Assembly: GCA_964016885.1 (NCBI GenBank)
Contig: OZ024740.1
Span: forward strand, 38,936,001-39,000,000
Origin: Eledone cirrhosa
Lineage: Eukaryota
Reading direction: 5' to 3'
DNA length: 64,000 nucleotides
Shown: in pieces, positions 1 to 12,239 of the stretch
Numbering within the stretch: position 1 is the first letter of the stretch
Layout: every line of letters begins with the position of its first letter
Position numbers and translations under genes: made by a program
The notes under the pieces: model-generated
What the model was told of the DNA's origin: nothing
Databases searched by the model: none
Seen by the model: only the letters and a program-made list of their open reading frames with translations

Positions 1-106
1 ATGGCAAGCACGAGAGACATCTCCATACGTTTACTGGCTTCATTCTGCCTCATCAGCAAAGCATAGTCCTTACCGTAATTGACTGCCTCTCTGAATTGAG
101 AGATCT

Positions 107-326
107 CAGCTCCGATATTGCGGACATGTGGTTAGAATGTCTCAGGAAAGAATCGCTGTACAGGAAACCAAGGGGTAGACCCCAATAAAGATGGTTAGAT
201 AACTTCCATGAGCTCGGCTGGTCTTGCTTGGAGATCCAGCCGGATCAATTGGAAACGGTTGCTTCTAACAGGACCCTCTGGTAGGTGAGCTTAAGCACTC
301 TGCTCCCACTACCCTCCCAGGAATAA
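107..326 (+). mobile_element. Degenerate 3' end of RTE-clade LINE ORF2
   Basis: Manual translation across one frameshift and stops: QLRYCGHVVRMSQERIA...RKPRGRPQ*RWLDNFHELGWSCLEIQPDQLETVASNRTLW*. This matches the RTE C-terminal LRWxGHVxRM / RGRPxxRWxD / AxxRxxW motifs. Confidence 0.75.
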
Positions 327-399
327 ATGAAGAGAGAGAGAAGGAGAAATCTCTACGTAAATACGTAAGAGGGGACATTTATTGGAGCATAAAATAAAT

Positions 400-2340
400 A
401 AAGATGCCATTCGCAAAGAAAACAATGATTAAGTTCACATATATGATGCAAAGAGCATTAAAAGGTTAACTAGACTATATATCTGTTGAACAGTTGTAGT
501 ACATAAATGGTTGGTAATATTGTCACTTTTCTATTATGTCTTGCTGAACAGAAAAGCTATTTATCAGCAAAGTAATTACTTTATTCAAAATTACATTTTA
601 AAAAATAAATTGAATATTTGACAGAACTATGGATTCAACTATTGAAATTCTATAATCGAAACAAACAAAAAATATCTAAGAAAATAATTAATTTCGAATA
701 ACTTACTTAAATTATTTCACAGCAGCAACTAATGGAAGTTTCTAGTAGGAATCGGGAAGGATAGATATGCAATTTCGTCTCACGTCATCGATGTTTTCAA
801 TATTATCTCAGAGATTTTCACATATTCTTTGAAGGGTGTTCATAGATAATATCTGTCAAGGTTTGTTGAAACGATAACCAATTTTATAACAGCTTAACAA
901 GTTAAGATAGCTGAAGTTAGTACCTGGTTACTCTCATCGGACACCAAAAAACAAGGGATTTGGATGTAAATTCTGTAGAATTACAAAATTATTTATTTAA
1001 ATGGTATTTATGATAAATATATAATAGTAAAATAAATATTAAAGAAAGTGAGGTGGGTCTGCTAAATCTTTAGGCGAAAGGACTGAAAAATTATATTTTG
1101 TGGAATTTAGTTGTAGTCCTTTGCATTCTGGATTCAAATCCACCGTGATCAACTCTACATTTCATTCTTCTGGGGTCGATAATATAAAGTACTAGTCTAG
1201 TACTGGGGTCGATCTAATCGACTATACTTGAATCTATAATATGATGATTAAAAATAATCTTGGATTTACTACACTTCGTTTATACTTTTGCCAAGACCTC
1301 TAAAACTACGCTCGGAGAATTTCTGTCACCGCCAGAAACTTAGAGTCTCTCCCATTTGTCATTCATGGAGGGCTTCCAAAAGGACACTAAGAGATAACCC
1401 CTAACAATCATCGCTTTTCATGAATCTCTATTGATCATGTACTTGAACAGGCAAATAAAAGAGAGCTAGGAATTGATGAAAGAGCAGCGACATTCTCAGG
1501 AAAATTCTAGATAACAACGAATGTCAACCGGCTGGTCTGTTCCAAAGGATCTTAGATGGTGGTGGTGGTGGTGGTGGTTGATGTTGTGGTTGTTGTGGTT
1601 GTTGTTGTTGTTGCTGTCCATAAGTAAAGTGATTTCATCTGTTGACTTTTTATTGTATCCCCGCTGTTATAAAATGAGAATTACAGTTCTACTGTGAATG
1701 ATTCAACTAACATCTCCTTCACTTTACAATAAAAGATTCTTACATCTGCCAGTTCGATAAGATTGCACACTCTTCTGTGTATGCAGTTATATAATTAGAA
1801 TTTCTAACAGAGACTATTTGCGAATTATTCACGGCAAACTCGCCTAATTTATCTCTAAGCTGTTATTTTTACCTAGTTTGAGATATCTAATAATGTTTTC
1901 TATAAATAAGCGGAGCTGGAAAAGCAAAATTGGTACTTGGTTAATGGTTAAATAATATAATTGATTTTCTTTTGGAATGAAAGAGTGACACAAACATTGT
2001 TGTATTTTAAAACTACAACAATGTCCATGATACACAAGTAGTTAACAAATACCTAAAATATATCTACATAGCCATAAAATGATAAAATACATATAGCAAT
2101 TCGAGTACTCGTTGGTTTTTATAGCACAGGAGAAATATTTCTTTGAAGAAATCTCTAGTGATCTATTTTCTACTAAAGCTTCGAGACAGAAAGTTCTTGA
2201 ATTAGAACAGTTTGTAGCTCTGTTAGGCTAAACAGTATTTTAGGATTTCATTTGTTTCAACCTGAATAAAATTAATGAAGCCATTCAAATCATACTTAGA
2301 TATTCTTTACATTCATCCTAATACTATTTCTCAGTAACTT
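400..2340 (-). pseudogene. Possible highly decayed leucine-rich-repeat gene (Toll-like-receptor ectodomain-like)
   Basis: Stop- and frameshift-riddled minus-strand peptides with LRR-like spacing: IIRYLKLGKNNSL, LSSIPSSLLFACSS, VFRGLGKSINEV, NIENIDDVRRNCISILPDS. An LRRCT-like F*CSLHHICELNHCFLCEW lies near 410-470. Interrupted by a SINE and a (GGT/GTT)n tract. Confidence 0.3.
1105..1228 (+). mobile_element. Diverged tRNA-derived SINE (partial)
   Basis: B-box-like GGATTCAAATCC followed by TTTCATTCTTCTGGGGTCGATAATATAAAGTAC, the central domain shared with the younger SINE copies. Confidence 0.7.
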
Positions 2341-2395
2341 TTCAAACACATACATCAGTTCTTTGGAAAATAGACGTGTTTCTTGTACATGCACA

Positions 2396-2585
2396 AATAT
2401 GTGTGTTAATGGCGGTTGTGTGTGGGTGTTTGTGTGCGTATATGCGTATGTGTGTGTGTGTATGTGTATGTGTGTTTATGTCTGTGTGTGCGCGTGTGTG
2501 TATATTTCTGTGTGTTTATGTGTGTCTGCGTATTTGTGTGTTTGTGTGTATGTGTGCGTGTTTTCTGTGTGTTTGTGTGTGTATA

Positions 2586-2657
<72 letters not shown>

Positions 2658-2663
2658 TATATA
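2396..2663. repeat. (TG)n-derived and (TA)n microsatellites
   Basis: Direct inspection. Explains ORFs 2363..2767 etc. Confidence 0.95.
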
Positions 2664-2947
2664 GGGGAGGGTCATATTTGTGTAATAATATTGCCAGAAT
2701 TAATAACAGAACACACTCACTGTTTGGTTGGTTTTCGCTTCTGTGTCTTTTATATCGGTTAATTTAATTTATTCGGTCCTCAATGTTGCCATTGACTGAC
2801 CAACGGTCAAAAATACAGATGGCAACATTGAGGACCGAATAAATTAAATTAACCGATATAAAAGACACAGAAGCGAAAACCAACCAAACAGTGAGTGTGT
2901 TCTGTTATTAATTCTGGCAATATTATTACACAAATATGACCCTCCCC
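2664..2947. mobile_element. Foldback/MITE-like element with 129-bp perfect inverted arms and 26-bp spacer
   Basis: 2664-2792 (GGGGAGGGTCATATTTG...CAATGTTGCCAT) is the exact reverse complement of 2819-2947. No clear TSD. Confidence 0.85.
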
Positions 2948-3004
2948 AAGTATAACAATATTTGTTTCGACACACGATTTCATATCAAAAACCTCGCAAA
3001 ACTA

Positions 3005-3035
<31 letters not shown>

Positions 3036-3051
3036 TATATACTTGTGTGTA

Positions 3052-3094
<43 letters not shown>

Positions 3095-3121
3095 GTTTGT
3101 GTGTGTGTGTGTGTGTGTGTG

Positions 3122-3294
3122 TTTGGACATGCTTCAGTTCCAGCAATGAGTGCTCCAGCTGTTTGATTAACAGAACAACCTACTCATGAAATTAACGTGC
3201 AAGTGGTTGAGCAATTCCAAAACACGTGTACCCATAACAAAATTCTCTGGGAGATTCAACATGACACGAAGTGTGACAAAGCTAACCCTATGAA
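3122..3294 (-). mobile_element. Body/3' part of a second SINE family
   Basis: GAAATTAACGTGCAAGTGG...ACACGTGTACCC...GTGTGACAAAGCT resembles a common octopus SINE body (recalled, not searched). Its likely tRNA head lies at 3920-4053. Confidence 0.5.
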
Positions 3295-3365
3295 ATGGCT
3301 CTTCCAGCGCATCTCTCTTACCATCCTCTGGGGAAACGCCTTCTCCATTCTGTCAACCGGGGCTG
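3295..3365 (+). mobile_element. CRE-clade non-LTR retrotransposon C-terminal fragment
   Basis: WLFQRISLTILWGNAFSILSTG matches the LFQRLSxxxQRGNAxxILGT terminal motif of CRE-type elements. Confidence 0.55.
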
Positions 3366-3400
3366 TTGGGCGGCCAGCGCGTGGGACTCCATTTGCTCAT

Positions 3401-3593
3401 AATAATTGTTTCTACATTTGGCACAAGGCCAGCAATTACCCCAGAGCGTGACTGGTATTTTATTTTATCGACCCCGTAAGGATGAAAGACAAAGTTAACT
3501 TCGGCGGGATTTGAAATCAGATCATAAAGGGCCGTAACACTATGCTGCAAAGCATGGTGTCCGACCCTTTACTGCTACTGCCAATCCACCGCC
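3401..3593 (-). mobile_element. tRNA-derived SINE, full length, with target-site duplication
   Basis: Reverse complement of GGCGGTGGATTGGCAG...TTCAAATCCCGCCG...CATCCTTACGGGGTCGATAAAATAAA...GAAACAATTATT. TCCATTTGCTCAT(AATAAT) is repeated on both flanks. Confidence 0.9.
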
Positions 3594-3607
3594 CTTCCAT
3601 TTGCTCA

Positions 3608-3806
3608 TAATAATGATTTCTTGTATAGGCACAAGGCTAGTAATTTGGGGGGAGGGGAAAGTCGATTAAATCGACCCCCAGTACGTTACTGGTACTTTAT
3701 TTTATCGACCCCGTAAGGATGAAAGGAAAAGTTAACCTCGACGCGATTTGAACTCAGACCGTAAAGGGACGTAACTATGCTGTAAAGCATGGCGTCCGAC
3801 CCTACT
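3608..3806 (-). mobile_element. tRNA-derived SINE (subfamily with GTCGATTAAATCGAC hairpin)
   Basis: Same head and central domain as the neighbouring SINE; 5' end truncated. Confidence 0.85.
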
Positions 3807-3919
3807 GAGAGATGGGGATGGCGATAGAGATGGAGAAGATGACAGTGGGAGTTCGGCTCCTCTATGTTCGGAACTGGTGTACGTGTATGTACATACTTAC
3901 TGTCTTATTATATAGACAC

Positions 3920-4053
3920 ACTTATTCTCACTTGTTATTTGAATCCCAGCTGCAGCTCCAGTAACGTGAAATAAAGTGTCTTGCTCAAGGACACAATACG
4001 CTACCGGGAATCGAACACACGGCCTTACGATCATGATCCGAACATCCTAACCT
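3920..4053 (-). mobile_element. tRNA head plus CORE-like domain of a SINE
   Basis: Minus strand GTTCGATTCCCGG (B box) followed by GTGTCCTTGAGCAAGACACTTTA (CORE-domain-like). Confidence 0.65.
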
Positions 4054-4180
4054 TAATATATATATTTGGCATGAAGAACATTTGTGTTTCAACAATACTT
4101 CAGTACAATAAACAGTAATTTTCTGGGGTGTTCTTAAACAACGCTGTATTCATATATTATTGCAGAAGCAACATCAGGTT

Positions 4181-4216
4181 CACACACACACACACACACA
4201 TTCACACACACACACA

Positions 4217-4255
<39 letters not shown>

Positions 4256-4334
4256 TCACACACACACATATATACACACACACACACATTCACACACACA
4301 TTCACACACACATTCACACACACACACACACACA

Positions 4335-4369
<35 letters not shown>

Positions 4370-5341
4370 TCAGACACAGCCAGACACACATACACACACA
4401 CAGAGCCAGACACACACACATTCACACACACAGACACACACACACACATTCACATACACACAGCCATACACACACACACATTCACATACACACACACAAC
4501 CAGACACACACAGCCATATATACACAAACACAGCCATACATTCACATACACACACACGGCCACACTCATAGTCACACACACAGAAATCACAACCACACAC
4601 ACACAGACACACAGCCACACACACACACAACCACACACACACACACACAGCCACACATACACAGCCACACACACAGCCACACACACAGCCACACACACAG
4701 CCACACACACACAGCCACACACACAACCACACATACACAGCCACACACACAGCCACACAGCCACACACAGCCACACACACACAGCCACACACACATACAC
4801 ACATTCACATACACACAGCAACACACACACATCCACATAGCCACACACACTCACATAGCCACACACACCCACATAGCCACACACACATAACCACACACAC
4901 CCACATAGCCATACACACACACACACACATAGCCACACACACAGCCATACGCACACATACAGCAACATATACAAACACACACAGCCATTGCTACACACAC
5001 AGGCATTGCCACACACGCACACATGCACATACACAGAGCCGCACACACACAGCCACAGACACACACACAGCGACACACACACACAGACATACACAGCCAC
5101 ACACATAGCCATTGCCACATGCACATACACACACTCAGCCACACACACACACACATACACAGCCCCATACAGCCATTTCCACACGCGCACACATGCTCAT
5201 TCACACACTGCCACACACAGCCACACAGACACACAGACATACACAGCCACACACACACAGCATCACATACACACACACACTGCCACACACAGCCACACAG
5301 ACATACACACAGTATCACATATATACGCATACATACACACA
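4181..5341. repeat. Degenerate (CA)n / CACACAGC low-complexity tract
   Basis: Direct inspection. Source of the HT/CV ORFs. Confidence 0.95.
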
Positions 5342-5601
5342 TTTTAAGCCTTGAAAGCCCCTCGATAATACTTGAGCAATTTTTCTAGTTAGTCTTTATC
5401 AGCTGAATAATTATTGATCCTGCTCACCAGAATTCCCTATTTAACGGTCGCTGCATCGTCAAGGGTCCTGCGTGAAATTTCATCTATCAATTCTAATCCA
5501 GTGATTCTCTATATCTTCTACTATACTGTCTTCAACGTTTATGAACGACTGAATGTTTAAGGTTGATCAAATACTTGCTATACTTCCGGGATACTATACA
5601 G

Positions 5602-5902
5602 CAGGGGTGTGCAACATATTCCATTGGCGGGCCACTTTTGAACATTGGAACAACTATTAGGGCCATTAATATTTATTAAGCACTATTCCAAAGATTCACC
5701 ACAACTTCTTCCCATAACATGGAACTGGGAAATTATAACACACATAACCCTATCAGTGAAGCCCTTTAGTATAGGTCAACTAACAGAAAATTGTATTACG
5801 GTTACGAAAAAAAATTCTAAATAAGTCTACAAGGTAAAAATTAAAAGCGGTCATTGCGGGCCACTCTGACTGGTCTGGCGGGCCGCCTGTTGCACACCAC
5901 TG
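5602..5902. mobile_element. hAT (Charlie-like) MITE
   Basis: TIRs CAGGGGTGTGCAACA / TGTTGCACACCACTG, subterminal GCGGGCC motifs, and 8-bp flanks CTATACAG / TTATACAC (6/8 identical). Confidence 0.8.
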
Positions 5903-5922
5903 TTATACACTTTTAATTAAAT

Positions 5923-6029
5923 AAATAACTGTTTCTACTTTTGGCACAAGGCCAGCAATTAACCAGTGTATTACTGGTACTTTATTTTATCAACCTCATA
6001 AGGATGAAGGGCAAAGTTAACTTCATCGG
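5923..6029 (-). mobile_element. tRNA-derived SINE 3' half
   Basis: TGTTTCTAC...GGCACAAGGCCAGCAATT...ACTGGTACTTTATTTTATC...AAGGATGAAGGGCAAAGTTAAC. Confidence 0.8.
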
Positions 6030-6056
6030 TATAGTAATCAAACTGAATAAGTAGAC

Positions 6057-6279
6057 CAGTCAAGGTCAAACTGTGGCCAAAGAGTCGCATGCGGCCTGTT
6101 TCGCTTTCTGAATGTCATGCCTAATTTCAAAATTGCCTTGAAATTTTTAGTAGTGTGGCCTGCTTTATGAGCCATATCCTATGCGGCCCGCTTCATAAGA
6201 AGTCTCATACTATGCAGCCCGCCTCATGATGAGTCATATCCTATGCGGCCCACTGCTTGAAAAAGTTTGCTTGTGCCTG
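6057..6279. mobile_element. Degenerate hAT (Charlie-like) MITE
   Basis: CAG...CTG ends, ATGCGGCCC subterminal repeats, AAAAAGTTTG near the end, and flanks ending TAGAC on both sides. Confidence 0.55.
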
Positions 6280-6677
6280 TGCTAGACTTAAATATTTTTG
6301 TTCGATTAACAAAATTGCCATTCTATTTCAATTAATTAAACTCATCATACAATATTTCAGCTTAATCAACAACTTTTTTTCATAAATAATATTGACTAGA
6401 CCAAGCAGATTATTATAAACATCGTATTATAAACATCGTATTGATAATAATCACCATTAAACCAAGAATTTTAAACAGATATGGACGTTTTATTTTGTGT
6501 TTTTACTTTTATCTAAGTAAAACTAAAGAATAAAGTTGAAATTAATTCGACGTTAGAATACAAAATCAAATTGATATTATTTTGGGGCTGTGTTTCAGGA
6601 GAAAATACTTAACTTGTATGTGTTTGTTGCTAGAGCGGGAATTTTATAATGTTAGAAAAACCACTTAGTAGTTGTTG

Positions 6678-7014
6678 CAGACCTATCAACTCTCCCCGTC
6701 TCCCCGTTTTTTTGTGAAAATGGGTATAGCTTTCATTATGTTGGCAGTATCGGTAGAGGGTCGGACGCCATGCTTTCCAGCATAGTTACGTCCCTTTACG
6801 ATCTGGGTTCAAATCCCGCCGAGGTTGACTTTGCCTTTCATCCTTACGGGGTCGATAAAATAAAGTACCAGTAATGCACTGGGTAATTGCTGGCCTTGTG
6901 CCTAAAGTAGAAACAATTATGTAAAATCTCCCCATTTTGTCGCATTTCTCCCAATTTTAGGTCACTTTTTTTCATGGTATTCCCCATTTAGGTTTTTAGA
7001 TGTTGACAGGTCTG
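6678..7014. mobile_element. TIR MITE (hAT-like) carrying a nested SINE
   Basis: TIR (C)AGACCTATCAAC / GTTGACAGGTCT(G). GTTGTTGC is duplicated on both sides (6-8-bp TSD depending on register). Confidence 0.65.
6741..6919 (+). mobile_element. Young tRNA-derived SINE
   Basis: TTGGCAGTATCGGTAGAGGGTCGG (A-box region), GGTTCAAATCC (B box), central domain and AACAATTAT tail. Confidence 0.9.
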
Positions 7015-7149
7015 TTGTTGCATGAAAAATTTGTGATTTTAGGTTTGGTTTGAAACGAAATCATGATATATAGAGCTCGTTGCAAGTGATTGGGGTTTGA
7101 AATAATGACGTAAATGTTAATGATATTGAAATATAAAGTATTATTTGTT

Positions 7150-7328
7150 TGGCAGTATCGGTAGAGGGTCGGACGCCATGCTTTCCAGCATAGTTACGTC
7201 CCTTTACGATCTGAGTTCAAATCCCGCTGAGGTTGACTTTGCCTTTCATCCTTACGGGGTCGATAAAATAAAGTACCAGTAATGCACTGGGTAATTGCTG
7301 GCCTTGTGCCTAAAGTAGAAACAATTAT
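7150..7328 (+). mobile_element. Young tRNA-derived SINE with TSD
   Basis: Nearly identical to 6741-6919. ATTATTTGTTTGG is duplicated at both ends. Confidence 0.9.
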
Positions 7329-7694
7329 TTGTTTGGTTGGGATTGTAGATTTTGATATATTAGGAGTGTTGAAGATTACTAGATGCTTGTTAATAAAGAT
7401 CATTCCACCTCAGATTAACTGTTCAAACGTGTCATATATTTCTAGATCTTTAAGATATGAGAGTCATGCTTGGGTTTCGTAAAGGGGAGAGAGAAAATAT
7501 TAACATAACGTACCACATCTAAGCCGTTGTTTTCCAGGGTTCATCTAAACGCCACACACACATCGGCTAGCAGATAAATGGTATGCTTTGAGTCTTTCAT
7601 CAGTTAGAACCGTTTACACTTGAATAGACTACAAGGAGGTTATCAAATCTCGGCAAATTTTTCCAGAAAGATTTTGTAGAAAGTTTTGTGCGAT

Positions 7695-7912
7695 TTGCTA
7701 AGCTGTTTAAAACTGATTTTGATCCCTACCAGGACCTTGTAGAATTAATTTTACCGTTTTATAACATAGCTGAATTGTTTAAAACTTATATTGATCACCA
7801 AGAAACCTTATAGAATTACAGTTTTACCGTTTTATAACTTTGCTGAGCTGTTTAAAATTTATATTGATCACTAATAAAACCTAATAGAATCACAGTTTTA
7901 CCGTTTTATAAC
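7695..7912. repeat. ~73-bp tandem repeat x3
   Basis: Recurring GCTG...TGTTTAAAAC...TTGATC...AGAATT...TTTTACCGTTTTATAAC. Confidence 0.8.
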
Positions 7913-8227
7913 TAATTCTTTGGAATCTTGTTTTCCAAATATAGAACATACTTTGCTTCTCTGTTTGTCATTCGTGGTCACTACCAGCAAGTGAGAGAGA
8001 GAGACGTTAATTTTTACAACTAAAATGGAATAAAATGAACTAAAGAACATCATGGGTAAAACAAAGAACCATCTCAGAGAAATGAGCGTTAGATAAGAAA
8101 TTCTGCGAAATAAATATTTCCAGCATCAACAGATTAGTTCATAATAAATCTATCTATAAAATCTTAATTGTTGATTTCTTTGAAAGTAAAAAAAAAAAAT
8201 GTTTTCTGGCCGAAACCTATCAAAGTT

Positions 8228-8617
8228 ATATATATATATAAAGTTGTAGTTCCTGTCTGTTTGTTTGTTTGTTCACAAACTCCTCCTATGGTTTTGGAGA
8301 TAGACCCCCATAACCATATATATTCTGAAACTACATTGCCCAGGGTACTTGGATAAGTATATTTCATTTTAATCAAAGGGTTCCCCGGTGGCATAAACCC
8401 CCGCTGAAAACTTTTTCCCTTCGATTTATATGAAATTTAAACCGTAGGTAAATGACAAGATATGTTGCCTATTCACAAAATTTCAGCAAATTTCAATAAT
8501 ATTAAGACACCCTAATGGAGTTTTTCTCCATAAATTATATCAGTGATTTAAAATCAATCATTTTCTTACAAAAAAAAAAATGTGTGAAACGCAGCAAGGC
8601 GCGGGTAATTCGGCTAG
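8228..8617 (+). mobile_element. Non-autonomous Helitron
   Basis: 5' TATATATAAAG...GTCTGTTTGTTTGT start. The 3' end has a GC-rich subterminal hairpin remnant CGCAGCAAGGCGCGGG, then CTAG|T, inserted in (TA)n. Confidence 0.6.
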
Positions 8618-9215
8618 TATATATATATATATTATATTATATTCTTTTTTTTGGGGGGGGGGGGCTTTTTATAACAGATGATACAGACTCGTGGTAGCTT
8701 AATCCGACCATGTTACACACCTAGAGTATCTATAGAAAACAACATATATATATTCATGAGCCATGTGCCAAGATAAATAGACTTTTTTCAGACATAAATA
8801 GATGTTTGTGAATGTATTTAATTACATAGAAACATAATAGTCAGTCCAGCAATAAACATGAGTTAAAATATGTTATATAGACTGACTGTGTTAATGAATA
8901 TTTATTCGTCGCTGGAGAAGTTTCAATGGAACTTTTATGACCCGGAGAGGGAATGAGGTTAGATAACTTTAAAACTTACTTCAATATTAGAAACCTTCCA
9001 AATATTTTAGCATTTAACTATGGCTTTGTAAAGCTTGTAACGCTATTGTAAACGTTGAAACGCCATTGTAAAGCTTGTAACGCCATTGTAAACCTAGTAA
9101 AGCGGTAAATTAGCAGTCTTTTTTGTGTCAGTATTTGTTGCGGTTCTCTGTGTCCTGAGTCTAAATCATGTCGAGACCAACTCTGTCTTTAAGAATCGAT
9201 TAATAAAAGAACCAA

Positions 9216-9372
9216 AGCGGAGATTTGGCAGAGTAGTTAGGGTGTCGGATAAAAACGCCTCGGTATTTTTTCCTACTCGCTGTACTCTGGGTTCAAATAC
9301 CACTGAGGTCAACTTTGCTTTTTAACCTTTCGAGATGAATAAATAAAGTTCTAGTCCAGCACTGTGATCGAT
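9216..9372 (+). mobile_element. Old tRNA-derived SINE (further partial heads at ~9107-9190 and ~9515-9605)
   Basis: TTGGCAGAGTAGTTAG A box, GGTTCAAATACC B box and a diverged central domain. Confidence 0.7.
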
Positions 9373-9914
9373 TCTTTCTCTTTCTCTGGAAGAAAACAAC
9401 TGTATTCCAACCTGGAGAGGGAAGGGTTTCGCTAAGTGTAAAATTAAAATGCCCAATACACACCGTGTATCATGATGGCGCCCCTTCTATTCCTTCAGAA
9501 GTATAAAAAGTACCAGCAGTGGATTCGCAGAATCGTTAAAGAGTCAAACATGATACTTTACGGTATCTGATCTGAATCTGTGCGTTCTGAGTTCAAATCT
9601 CACCACCTGCCAGGTGTTGCCACCGGAAGATGTCAGCAATGGAAAGATCAATAAAAACAGTTTCCTTGACCGTCCTATGTTTTTTTTTTTTTTTTTTTTG
9701 GTAACCCGTCTCTTTTCTGCTTACTTGTTTTTCAAATCTGGGCTGCCCCTGTTTGATTTTTCAATTGGGTCTTAAAATATATAATAGTATATAGTTTTTT
9801 GTTGTTAAAAGACGAAGGAAATGTTATTTTATTTTTATCGTGTTCCAATATACAATTGCTCTCCAATTTAGAAAACTATTTTCGTATTCTCAAACTGATA
9901 TTATAGGAACTACC

Positions 9915-10302
9915 ATTTCTCTCTCTCTCACTCCCTCTTTCTCTCACTCTCTCTCCCTCCTTCTCTCCATATTTCTCTCCCTCTTTCTCCATCTTTCTTT
10001 TTTTCCCCTTGTTCTCTCTTTCTTTCTCTTTTTCTCCATCACTCTCTTTCTCCCCTACACACAAACATACTCACACGCATACCCACACACACAAACACAT
10101 ACACACACATACATACAAACATACACACACATACATAAACATACACGCATACACTTACACATACACACACCCACACACAAACATACACACACATACATAC
10201 ACATACACAATACACTTACACATACACCCCCCCACACACACACTTACACACACACATACACACACGCTTACACATATACACACACAAACACACTTACACA
10301 TA
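9915..10302. repeat. (CT)n- and (CA)n-derived low-complexity tract
   Basis: Direct inspection. Confidence 0.9.
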
Positions 10303-10760
10303 CGATGAATCTTGTTTTGAGAGCTAAATAAGATATAAATACATGTTTCCTTCTTACAGACATCAGCAACTATTTTCGGAGCCCTTATAAGAATTAAAGC
10401 CCAAAATATAAGACAGTAGAAGAGTGGATCTCTATGTGTTCTACAGTAATCTACTGATGCCAACAGCATTGATGGGCCGACTATTAAGTTTCTAACTGTA
10501 GCTAAATAGATACAAGAACATATCTATTTCTCTTGGCATGTTGCTTACATTTACGCTTCAATTCGCTTCTTTGTGTAGGCATAAATAAATTAAGTGTGTC
10601 TGTTCCTAAACATGCATTGTACGTTATTAGTAGTCTGGTAAATATGTATATTATTTGACAGTTACCTAAATTATTGAATATACATATATTTCAAGCGTTA
10701 AACTAATATATTTCTTCCGTCTACTGTTCCGTTTGTTTTGTTATTTTTGTTATTACTTTT

Positions 10761-10883
<123 letters not shown>

Positions 10884-11167
10884 AGAATGAGGGTTTTTGT
10901 AATTAAAAAAAAAAAGAACACCAGTGAAAGTATAAAGAAAATATATATATATATCGATCCCGTTAAGGGTGAGAGCAGCGATTCGTTGCTTAAACACACC
11001 TAACAACACTGCTGCTGCTGTTACTACCACCTCTCTCTATACACAAGAGTTCATTTTCCAGTCTCCTTCTCAACAAGGAAGATGAAAAAACTTACCTCAA
11101 CACTTAATTTTAAATCTTTAATTTTTAGTTTTTAATCCTTATTAATTCTTTTTAATTGTAATACTCA

Positions 11168-11213
11168 ACATTTGATAAGATGGATTTTACTAATACATCG
11201 AAACCGGTAATAC
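11168..11213 (+). ncRNA. Relic minimal type I hammerhead ribozyme (Penelope-like element end)
   Basis: Core TTGATAA (U3-A8 variant of CUGAUGA), stem II GATG/CATC, GAAAC, palindromic stem III ACCGGT and triplet GTA. Stem I is decayed to 2 bp. Confidence 0.5.
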
Positions 11214-11497
11214 TTTATATACACTATAAAAGTCTTTTTTTAAAAGAATTGTCCCTCACCTTTTTTCAATAATGCCACTTTGACGAATCAAAGAAAGGGA
11301 AAAAAAAGAAAAACAGGCACTTAAATATATTTTCCGTGCTATTTCCAATTTCACCTTCTCTCTATAACCACTGTTTTGTATAGAGCATTACTTCCCTTTT
11401 CATATATATATATATCCTTTCAAAGTATTTTCCCATTATGCGCCCTTTTGGCTGTATTACATTACAGACAAGCAAGCAAGCAATCACAGACTTTTAG

Positions 11498-11822
<325 letters not shown>

Positions 11823-12006
11823 TCAGATAGATATGATATTTTCTACTGACAATACGAGGGAATGCCATTGGTTGATTGTTATAGGTTTGAAATCTGTTAG
11901 TTCATGTCGTTCAAGCTTACCAAGTTTTGAACTTAAATGAAACTTCGTACAGGAAACACGAGATTGATTTACCCTCAATGTGTCACTGAGTGAAACATGT
12001 TTATCG

Positions 12007-12125
12007 TATAGTTAGATTAAACTGTAGTACATACTATGATATAGTTAGATTAAACTGTAGTACATACTATGATATAGTTAGATTAAACTGTACTACATTC
12101 TATGATATAGTTTGACTAAACTGTA
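12007..12125. repeat. 33-bp tandem repeat x3.5
   Basis: TATAGTTAGATTAAACTGTAGTACATACTATGA repeated. Confidence 0.9.
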
Positions 12126-12239
12126 CGCTCTGTATTGTTTATAAGGATTTGTGCAAGTATGGCTTTATATGTAGCTTCCTGACTTATATTATATGATTCA
12201 TTATACATGTAGCTTCCTAACTTATATTATATGGTTTAT

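Noticed and set aside
2363-5388. His/Thr-, Cys/Val- and Tyr/Ile-rich ORFs
   Set aside because: Translations of (CA)n, (TG)n and (TA)n tracts that are open in several frames on both strands.
6741-6830. tRNA genes
   Set aside because: A/B boxes are present but there is no cloverleaf. They continue into SINE bodies with tails and TSDs.
10360-10445. Candidate internal exon (TTCCTTCTTACAG ... GTAAT)
   Set aside because: All three frames contain stops and no partner exons were found.
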